This document shows, one piece after another, positions 33,377 to 40,564 of a stretch of DNA of 64,000 nucleotides; the stretch's first letter is position 1; the number at the start of each line of letters is the position of its first letter. The stretch lies in the sequence record SRR2962707_3124. One strand, 5' to 3'. The position numbers were made by a program, and so were the translations under genes. Under the pieces are notes generated by a model. It worked only from the letters and a program-made list of their open reading frames with translations, was not told the origin of the DNA and did not search any database.

Positions 33377-33521
33377 ACCCTCACCGTCGTTGCTTTACGA
33401 TACCCACGCTTTACCAGTTGGCTGGAAAACGTCCGGAGGGGTTAGCTCCGGTTACCTTACCTAAACCCTCACCATATCGAGGGGTCGGCGGATACCTATA
33501 GGCACGTGCGACTATGGGTGA
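33377..33521 (-). ncRNA. speF leader / alpha-r45 (Smr45C-like) structured RNA
   Basis: Minus strand GTCGCACGTGCC...TCCGCCGACCCCTCGATATGGTGAGGG...GGTAAGGTAACCGGAGCTAACCCCTCCGG...AAAGCAACGACGG, recognised as the rhizobial speF element; lies between odc and a divergent LysR gene. Confidence 0.85.
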
Positions 33522-33526
33522 GCGTG

Positions 33527-33555
33527 ATGTAATGCTGTTCGCATAAAAGTGCAAG
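33527..33555 (-). promoter_or_regulatory. sigma70-type promoter of the speF leader
   Basis: CTTGCA-N17-TTACAT immediately upstream of the RNA element. Confidence 0.6.
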
Positions 33556-33643
33556 AGAAATTTGATGACAAATTTGCAATGGTGCTATGTTGGAATAGAT
33601 CGATATAAATAGCGCAAGAATCGCTTAAAAAAAGAGGCACTTT

Positions 33644-34564
33644 ATGGATACGATTACCCGCATGCGCGCGTTTGTTGCGGTGGTGGACAATGAAGGGTTC
33701 TCTGCAGCGGCGCGGACGCTTGGCCGCTCAAAAGCACTATTGTCGAAATATGTACGAGAGCTTGAAGACGGCATGGGTACATTGCTACTCAATCGCACAA
33801 CACGGCAATTTTCACTGACTGAAGCTGGTCATATTTATTATGGCCGCGCCGTCGAATTATTGCGTGAATTCGATGACTTGCAAGATTTAATGCGCGAAAG
33901 CCGCTCGGGCGTGAGCGGTAAAATACGTATTTCAGCACCGCGCACATTTGCCGATGCTGAAATAGGCAAAGTGCTTATTGATTTTGCGAAGGCCAATCCA
34001 GACGTCGTTCTTGATATCGCGCTTGATGATCGGTTGGTTGACTTGGTTGAAGAAGGTTTTGATCTCGCCATACGCATGTCGAAACTGGAAGATTCTTCAC
34101 TTATCGCAAAACGACTATCGACTTTTTGCATTGGTGTTTATGCGTCGCCTGCAGCCATTGAAAAATATGGGATGCCTAAAGGCCCTGAGGATTTCCCCAA
34201 TTTGCCTTGTATATTGGACACGAATGCGCGCCGCCGCGATGCTTGGCCCTTTATTGATTCGTCGGGTAATGAAAAAGCAGTGCAGCTCAGCGGTATTTTA
34301 TCGGTCAATTCTCCTATCGCCGTGCGTAACGCAATCCTTGCGGATTTGGGATTTGCTTTTTGCCCCGAATTTATCATGCGTGCTGAAGTTGAGCGCGGCA
34401 CTGCAATTCGGGTTTTACCCGATACAATGGCAACACAAAGTGGGATTTATGCGGTCTATCCGCATCGGCGTTATCTACCTGCAAAGGTGCGCGCTTTTGT
34501 CGATTTCTCTGCTGATTGGTTTAAGGCATATGATGGTGCTCGGCCGAGTCACATTAACGCCTAA
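33644..34564 (+). CDS. LysR family regulator
   Basis: FSAAARTLGRSKALLSKYVRELE...LLNRTTR and DLVEEGFDLAIR. Confidence 0.95.
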   Translation: MDTITRMRAFVAVVDNEGFSAAARTLGRSKALLSKYVRELEDGMGTLLLNRTTRQFSLTEAGHIYYGRAVELLREFDDLQDLMRESRSGVSGKIRISAPRTFADAEIGKVLIDFAKANPDVVLDIALDDRLVDLVEEGFDLAIRMSKLEDSSLIAKRLSTFCIGVYASPAAIEKYGMPKGPEDFPNLPCILDTNARRRDAWPFIDSSGNEKAVQLSGILSVNSPIAVRNAILADLGFAFCPEFIMRAEVERGTAIRVLPDTMATQSGIYAVYPHRRYLPAKVRAFVDFSADWFKAYDGARPSHINA

Positions 34565-34612
34565 ATTATACTGTCTTTGAAAATCGATTATTCATTGAAA
34601 GATAAAACCTCG

Positions 34613-35266
34613 ATGCGCGCAAAATCCATGACATTCATTTCATTGATTGCGGGCGCGATGGTGTTTAGCGGTGGTGCGGCGCTTGCCCATCCTCATGTTT
34701 TTGCCGAGGCGCAACTAGATCTAGTCGCCACTGATGAAGGCACGATTAAAGAGCTAAACCATGTTTGGCGATTTGATGAGCTTTTCACCTCAACTGTTAT
34801 TCTCGAATTCGATGAAAATAAAAACGGTGAGCTGGATGGCGACGAACTGGATACGGTTGCTAATACGATAGCAACGTCGACCGCTGATTTTAATTATTTC
34901 CAAAATATTGATGTTAAAGGCAAAGATATACCGCTTAAAAAAGTGACTGAAATGGCGATCTCTGTAGACGATGGTCAGTTGATCGTTGCTTTTGCAACGA
35001 TCCCTGCCGAGACTGTTAAGCTTTCGGATGACCCTCAAATAGGGGTTTATGATCCAACATTTTATACCGCCATTGAGTTTTTTGACGACAAGAATATGGC
35101 GCTGGTGAATGCGCCTGCAGGCTGCACAAGCAAAATGGTTGTCCCCGATCCTGATGAAGCCCTTGCGCAAAATTCGCAGAATTTAACTGACGCATTTTAT
35201 GACACGACAACGCCGGATGACCTTGGGAAAATTTTGGCCACGCGAATGGAAGTTTCCTGCAGATGA
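34613..35266 (+). CDS. DUF1007 family periplasmic metal-binding protein (ZevA-like)
   Basis: Signal peptide ending ALA followed by HPHVF; WRFDE and YDPTFY. Confidence 0.85.
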   Translation: MRAKSMTFISLIAGAMVFSGGAALAHPHVFAEAQLDLVATDEGTIKELNHVWRFDELFTSTVILEFDENKNGELDGDELDTVANTIATSTADFNYFQNIDVKGKDIPLKKVTEMAISVDDGQLIVAFATIPAETVKLSDDPQIGVYDPTFYTAIEFFDDKNMALVNAPAGCTSKMVVPDPDEALAQNSQNLTDAFYDTTTPDDLGKILATRMEVSCR

Positions 35267-36285
35267 AAATGCCTATGAAGTGCCTTTGTGTAGCGGTTCC
35301 AATATTAATGCTTGTTGGTGCCGCTCATGCGCAGTCGTCGCTGGGTATTGGCGGTGCTGAGCAATCGCTCGCGCCGGCGGGCGGCATGTTCAGCGATGTG
35401 TTGATCTGGATTGCGGACAAGCAGCGTGAGTTCTATCGCGCGATGACCTTGGCGCTTAAAGAAATGCGCTCTGATGGATCGGCCGTTTGGTTGCTTATTG
35501 GGTTGTCATTTTTATATGGCATTTTACATGCGGCAGGGCCGGGCCATGGCAAGGTTGTGATTTCATCTTATATGGTGGCCAATGAAACCGCGCTGAAACG
35601 CGGTGTGTTTCTGTCCTTCTTTTCATCGATGCTACAGGCGATTTCGGCAATCGTGATTGTCGGATTGGGCTATCTTTTATTGCGCGGCACATCCGTCTCC
35701 ATGACCGATGCTGCTGACTGGATGGAAACCGCAAGCTACGGATTGATTGCGTTGTTTGGCCTATGGTTGTTTATCAGTAAGGCGCGCCGCTTATTGCGCC
35801 CAGCTAAAGTGCATGATCATCATCATGACGACCACCATGGGCATGAACACGATCATGGTCATGCGCACGCGCATCACCATAACCACGCCCATTCACACGA
35901 TGATGGTCAGGTGTGTGAAACATGCGGTCATGCTCACATGCCAGACCCCAATCAATTGAATGGTGACTTTAATTGGCGCTCAGCTGGTGCGGCGGTTTTA
36001 TCTGTGGGCCTTCGGCCTTGTTCTGGCGCTGTCATTGTTTTGAGCTTCGCGCTGCTTAATGGGCTATATATTGGCGGTATTGTTTCTGTGTTTGCGATGG
36101 CGCTTGGCACCGCGATCACTGTTTCTGCGCTTGCAACACTCGCAGTAACGGCGAAGAACACAGCGCTAAAATTTACGCATTCACCGATTATGAATGCGCG
36201 TTTGAATATAGCCATAGAACTTGCCGCTGCGGTTTTGATTATCGCACTTGGTAGCCTGATGCTTGCAGCAAATTTGAGCGCTTAG
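35263..36285 (+). CDS. NicO/RcnA-family Ni/Co/Zn transporter with His-rich loop (ZevB-like)
   Basis: YGILHAAGPGHGK, long His/Asp tract, CETCGHAH and GLRPCSGA. Confidence 0.9.
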   Translation: MKMPMKCLCVAVPILMLVGAAHAQSSLGIGGAEQSLAPAGGMFSDVLIWIADKQREFYRAMTLALKEMRSDGSAVWLLIGLSFLYGILHAAGPGHGKVVISSYMVANETALKRGVFLSFFSSMLQAISAIVIVGLGYLLLRGTSVSMTDAADWMETASYGLIALFGLWLFISKARRLLRPAKVHDHHHDDHHGHEHDHGHAHAHHHNHAHSHDDGQVCETCGHAHMPDPNQLNGDFNWRSAGAAVLSVGLRPCSGAVIVLSFALLNGLYIGGIVSVFAMALGTAITVSALATLAVTAKNTALKFTHSPIMNARLNIAIELAAAVLIIALGSLMLAANLSA

Positions 36286-36494
36286 TCTTTCTTTGAGCGT
36301 CCGCGCCACCAAAGCCCAATAAATGGCAGCACCAAAAATGCACCTATGACCGCGCCGGTTATGTATGCGTTTTTAGTGCCAACAAGCATCATGATGCTCG
36401 GCAGGAAGTATGTAATTACACAAAACCCGATTAGGAGTGCTGCTGCGCCGTAAAGCGTCTTACGGTCGTAATTTTCATTATTTGACGGGCTCAA
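36282..36494 (-). CDS. Small two-TM membrane protein
   Basis: Two hydrophobic helices and a basic C-terminus; probable TTG start overlapping the SDR stop (TTGA), 9 nt after GGAGG. Confidence 0.65.
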   Translation of the reverse strand: MSPSNNENYDRKTLYGAAALLIGFCVITYFLPSIMMLVGTKNAYITGAVIGAFLVLPFIGLWWRGRSKKD

Positions 36495-37249
36495 ATGGTC
36501 CATCCTCCATCGATTGGAATTGCAGTACCCGTTGTAAAGCTTGATTCGTCAGAAGCAAGGTAAAGCGCAAGATTTGCGATTTCTTCTGGCGTGCCAACTC
36601 TGCCCATGGGCTGGCGCGCGATAAACTGCGCGTGGGCCTCATCATAGCTGCCAATTGCTTTGCCCAGTTCGCCAACGCGCTCTTCCCAAGAGGGAGATTG
36701 TACAGTGCCAGGGCAAATCGCATTGCAGCGAATGCCTTGTTTTACGAAATCGGCAGCAACAGCTTTGGTCAAACCGATGACGGCTGCCTTTGTTGCGCCA
36801 TAAGCATAGCGATTAGGCGCACCTTTAAGTGAAGATGCGGCCGACGACATATTGACGATTGAGCCAGAGGTTTGATTTTCTTTAGTGCGCTGAAGCATAG
36901 CGGGCAAAAATGCGCTGATCATCCGGTGCATTGATTTTACATTTAGGTCGAATGAAAAATCCCAAGCGGCTTCGTCGCATTCAAGCGCGGTGCCATTGTG
37001 CACAAAGCCGGCAACGTTGACTAGAATATCAACGGCGCCTGCTTCTTTGGCATAAGCATTGATCGCATCTGTGTTCAATACATCAAGCGCGCGCGCATCA
37101 GCAAAAGTTGAATTGGCAAATTTAGATGCGTCGATATCCGATGCCCAAACTTCAGCGCCTTCGGCGGCAAATCGATCGGCAATGGCACGGCCAATGCCTT
37201 GTCCAGCAGCGGTTACAATAGCAATCTTTCCGGAGAGGCGCTTTGACAT
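36491..37249 (-). CDS. SDR oxidoreductase (BDH2 / 2-keto-3-deoxy-L-fuconate dehydrogenase-like)
   Basis: TAAGQGIG, YGATKAA, NAICPGTV and ARQPMGR. Confidence 0.9.
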   Translation of the reverse strand: MSKRLSGKIAIVTAAGQGIGRAIADRFAAEGAEVWASDIDASKFANSTFADARALDVLNTDAINAYAKEAGAVDILVNVAGFVHNGTALECDEAAWDFSFDLNVKSMHRMISAFLPAMLQRTKENQTSGSIVNMSSAASSLKGAPNRYAYGATKAAVIGLTKAVAADFVKQGIRCNAICPGTVQSPSWEERVGELGKAIGSYDEAHAQFIARQPMGRVGTPEEIANLALYLASDESSFTTGTAIPIDGGWTI

Positions 37250-37254
37250 GGCTT

Positions 37255-37926
37255 TTAATCAACTTTTCTAAAATCTTGTAGTCTTGTTATCTGATTACCG
37301 TCTTTATCAAAATTATCAGGGGCAAGCCATGCTTGAAAAGCGGATTTTATCGTGGGCCAATCTTGATTTATCATCGCGTACCATGCGGTATCGCGGTTCG
37401 CCCCTTTTGACACAATGTGATTGCGAAAGACGCCTTCAAAAGTGAAACCAAATCGCTTTGCCGCGATATGGGATGGCGCGTTGTCATTGTGGAGCTTCCA
37501 CTCGTAGCGCCGATAGCCAAGAACATCAAACACATGCTTTGCCATTAAATAGTGGGCTTCGGTGGCCGCGATTGAACGCTGAATGCTCGGTGAATGACAC
37601 ACAGCGCCTACTTCAACGCAGCCATTGGCGGCATCAAGGCGCATATATGAAGCCATGCCGATGGCAGCGTTTGAAGCGGGGTCGCGGAAGACCATTGTAT
37701 ATAAAGAGCTTTGTGCCCCATCTAGCCAAGCACCAAACTCTTCGGCTTTTTGATAGTTTGGGTTGGGAAAATATTTCGCCAAATCGTTAAAATCTGTTCC
37801 CCCAAAGCAAGCCCATAATTCTTGCGCATCTTCTGGCTTGTAGGCTGTTAGCCGCACGTGATTGCCAATCAGTTCTTTTGGTTCAGGTGCTGCGCAGGGC
37901 TGCCATTGGGTGAGATCTTCTATCAT
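37255..37926 (-). CDS. GNAT acetyltransferase (RimJ/RimL-like)
   Basis: LGYRRYEWK...N..S..AAKRFGFTFEGVFR and NRDTAWY. Confidence 0.88.
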   Translation of the reverse strand: MIEDLTQWQPCAAPEPKELIGNHVRLTAYKPEDAQELWACFGGTDFNDLAKYFPNPNYQKAEEFGAWLDGAQSSLYTMVFRDPASNAAIGMASYMRLDAANGCVEVGAVCHSPSIQRSIAATEAHYLMAKHVFDVLGYRRYEWKLHNDNAPSHIAAKRFGFTFEGVFRNHIVSKGANRDTAWYAMINQDWPTIKSAFQAWLAPDNFDKDGNQITRLQDFRKVD

Positions 37927-38030
37927 TACATTCTTTCACTGTTCATTAGACAGCCTCTGTGCGTGACCATTTGCAGATGAGAAATAGCAAACTTGTAGTG
38001 GTTTCAATTTTGTTTGCGCGCGCAGTGTGT

Positions 38031-38786
38031 TTAGCCGCGGCCTACAAATGGCATTTTTGTCGCCATGATTGTCATGTTCAAGATATTTGTATCCAGTGGA
38101 AGCGAGGCCATATGGAGAATTGCTTCGGCGACTTTTTGCGGGTCTATTGTTGGCTCGATCGCAATTTCGCCATGGGCTTGCATCGTGCCTTCGGTCATTT
38201 TGCGGGCTATCTCAGTCAGCGCATTGCCAATGTCGATCTGGCCACATGCGATATCAAAAGGTCGGCCATCGAGTGCGATAGTTTTCGTCAGGCCCGTGAT
38301 GGCATGTTTTGCTGTTGTGTAGGCAACGGACCGCGGGCGCGGGGTATGCGCCGAAATGGATCCATTGTTTATAATGCGGCCACCTTGCGGGGTCTGGTGG
38401 CGCATATGGCGAAAGGCAGCACGGGCACAATGAAACGAGCCGGTGAGGTTAACGCTCATATGCGTGTTCCAATCATCCGCGGTGTACTCATCGATGGTTT
38501 TGGCCTTGAGCCCAAGGCCTGCATTGTTGAAGAGAAAGTCGATGCGTCCGAATAGGTTTGCCGTTTGTGCAAATGCGGCATCCACGGCTTCCATATCTGC
38601 AACATCGCAACTAATAGCGAGGCATTGATCTGCCTGTTCTTCCATTTCCGCAATAGCTTCTTCAAGCGGTTCGAGGCGGCGACCTAAGAAGGCGACATTC
38701 CAACCATTTCGAACCAGCAATTGCGCGCTGGCTTTGCCGATGCCGGTTCCTGCGCCTGTAATAACTGCTGTTGGTTTACTGGTCAT
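38031..38786 (-). CDS. SDR oxidoreductase
   Basis: TGAGTGIG, NNAG, GRIINNGSISA and YTTAKHA. Confidence 0.92.
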   Translation of the reverse strand: MTSKPTAVITGAGTGIGKASAQLLVRNGWNVAFLGRRLEPLEEAIAEMEEQADQCLAISCDVADMEAVDAAFAQTANLFGRIDFLFNNAGLGLKAKTIDEYTADDWNTHMSVNLTGSFHCARAAFRHMRHQTPQGGRIINNGSISAHTPRPRSVAYTTAKHAITGLTKTIALDGRPFDIACGQIDIGNALTEIARKMTEGTMQAHGEIAIEPTIDPQKVAEAILHMASLPLDTNILNMTIMATKMPFVGRG

Positions 38787-38895
38787 CGTCGTCCCCCCAT
38801 TTGAATTCATTGCAACAGGTTTGGCTTAGCGTCCCGCCAAATGCAATTAGGAATGTCATTTTTGAGATAAAATGAGGGGTAGCTTTCTTGTTATA

Positions 38896-38939
38896 TTTAC
38901 GTTGTAAACTTTTAATCAGCTATTTTTTGACAGTGTCAA
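38896..38939. promoter_or_regulatory. Two related palindromes, probable TetR operators
   Basis: TTTAC-GTT-GTAAA (38896-38908) and TTGAC-AGT-GTCAA (38927-38939) between the divergent SDR and TetR genes. Confidence 0.65.
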
Positions 38940-38978
38940 GATTGATATGTCTTGTGGCCTCAGCGTGGTGATTTACCG

Positions 38979-39590
38979 ATGAAAAAAGATGAAATTTCTA
39001 AGAAGATGGAGCCTTATCACCATGGTGACCTGCGTCGATCTTTGCTGAAAGCCGCTGAGGCGGAGCTGATTGAAAACGGGTTAGCTAAGTTTTCGTTGCG
39101 CAGCTGCGCAAAACGGGCAGGGGTGAGCCATGCTGCGCCCGCGCATCATTTCAATGATACTGATGGATTGCTGACTGCGCTGGCTTATGGTGGTCATGAG
39201 CGATTAGCGAGCGCGATGCGCGATAATCAAGAAAATGCCGTTGATGCGCGATCTCTATTGGTTTCGGCATGTCTGGGCTATCTGCAGTTTGCGATTGATA
39301 ACCCGCAATTATTCCAATTGATGTACGAAGTTAAAAGCGCATCTTTAAACATAGACGGACATAAAGGGGAGGATCCGGCGTTTTCTGTATTGGTCAACGC
39401 TGTATCAAAATTGCGCGGGGCTGAAATTTTTAAATCCGAGGAAGGGTGGCGTTTGGCTGCTTCCATATGGTCATTGGTCCATGGCTATGCTGATTTGGCA
39501 ATTGCAGGACGCATGCGCTTTGTAACGGGGCAACCAAGCGACGTTCAAAAGGATTATTTGGAAGAAATTCTCGGCCGTATCATCGCATAA
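38979..39590 (+). CDS. TetR/AcrR regulator (WHG-type C-terminus)
   Basis: YHHGDLR, SLRSCAKRAGVSHAAPAHHF and WSLVHG. Confidence 0.92.
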   Translation: MKKDEISKKMEPYHHGDLRRSLLKAAEAELIENGLAKFSLRSCAKRAGVSHAAPAHHFNDTDGLLTALAYGGHERLASAMRDNQENAVDARSLLVSACLGYLQFAIDNPQLFQLMYEVKSASLNIDGHKGEDPAFSVLVNAVSKLRGAEIFKSEEGWRLAASIWSLVHGYADLAIAGRMRFVTGQPSDVQKDYLEEILGRIIA

Positions 39591-39656
39591 AAAGGGCGAC
39601 CTTTTTAAAAGATCGCCCAATTTTCGGACGGCTTTGGGAGGAAATAAGTCCGATCA
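39589..39656 (-). ncRNA. Candidate small RNA with CCUCCC anti-SD loop and intrinsic terminator
   Basis: Minus-strand hairpin UCGGAC-UUAUUUCCUCCCAAAGCC-GUCCGA, then GGGCGAUC-UUUUAAAAA-GGUCGCCC-UUUUU; -10 TATCAT and CtrA boxes upstream. Confidence 0.6.
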
Positions 39657-39681
39657 ATAATGATATGGTCTCACCGAAATC

Positions 39682-39713
39682 TTAAACAAAGGTTAATGGT
39701 AAATTTGTGTTAA
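39682..39713 (-). promoter_or_regulatory. Tandem CtrA boxes
   Basis: TTAA-ACAAAGG-TTAA (39682-39696) and GTAA-ATTTGTG-TTAA (39699-39713; minus strand TTAA-N7-TTAC). Confidence 0.7.
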
Positions 39714-39737
39714 GATTATAGGAGTAGCGCCGATGCG

Positions 39738-40439
39738 TTAAGCTGGCGCCATTGCATTTTTAATCGTTGCTTCAACGTGGTCGACCAACTCATCAGGTAA
39801 CGAAAGACGCCCCGCCAGTAGGTCCAAATAGCCGCGTTCTGCGCGGGTCTCAGGATTGATGGTTAGACGTGACGCGGTGTAAAGCTCAATTTTTTGTGCG
39901 TCGGTTTGTGCCGAGGATACCAGCATATCAATATCAACAGGCTTGGCGAGTTCTGTTCTAATGAAGTTTTGTGCGTCTTCGCTGTATCCGCCCAAAGCCA
40001 ATTTTTCTGTAATGCGCAAGCGCTCTTCATCATCAACGTGACCATCAGCGCGTGCGGCCGCGATCATCGCTTTTACTAAGGTCAGCGTGAATTCATCTGC
40101 GCCCTGTGGCGCAACGCTGTGATCAAAGGGGCTTTCGGCTGGTGGTGGCAGGATTTCTTGGTTTGCCTCTACCTCTGCCGGATTATTTCCGTTCTGGTAG
40201 TTTTGGTATGCTTTATAAGCAAGTCCTGCAACAGCGGCTAATCCACCTAGCTGTAACGCTGAACCAGTGACCGCGCGTCCTGCGCCGGTTCCCAGAAGAA
40301 CAGCAGCGATAGCGCCTGTTGCCAACGGATTGTCTTTTGCTAATTGCCCGACTTGTGAGGCTTTATCGCGAACCGTACCTTCTGTTCCAGGCACGTTAGC
40401 TTCAAGCAATTCTTTAATCAATTTTCGCGGATCAAGCAT
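39738..40439 (-). CDS. DUF533 / TerB-like membrane protein (YebE family)
   Basis: GGLAAVAGLAYKAYQNY, AMIAAARADGHVD..ER and ERGYLD.LA..L.LP. Confidence 0.88.
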   Translation of the reverse strand: MLDPRKLIKELLEANVPGTEGTVRDKASQVGQLAKDNPLATGAIAAVLLGTGAGRAVTGSALQLGGLAAVAGLAYKAYQNYQNGNNPAEVEANQEILPPPAESPFDHSVAPQGADEFTLTLVKAMIAAARADGHVDDEERLRITEKLALGGYSEDAQNFIRTELAKPVDIDMLVSSAQTDAQKIELYTASRLTINPETRAERGYLDLLAGRLSLPDELVDHVEATIKNAMAPA

Positions 40440-40533
40440 CGAGTTCTCCCATAGGTGTCATATTACCCACTATGTGGGAGCGAGATCCTGCGTTTGCAAT
40501 AATAGGGGTAAAATCTTCATGCTTTCTGGAAAC

Positions 40534-40560
40534 AAAAACGCCGAGCTGTGCCCGGCGTTT
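40534..40560 (-). terminator. Intrinsic terminator of TRAP dctQM
   Basis: Minus strand AAACGCCGGGC-ACA-GCTCGGCGTTTTT. Confidence 0.8.
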
Positions 40561-40564
40561 GATT

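Noticed and set aside
33249-33464. 71-aa plus-strand ORF in the odc-LysR gap
   Set aside because: It is antisense to the speF leader RNA, with no RBS or protein features.
35811-35900. CAT/CAC/GAT-rich quasi-repeat as a tandem repeat or CRISPR-like array
   Set aside because: It is explained by His/Asp codons of the transporter loop, with no repeat-spacer structure.
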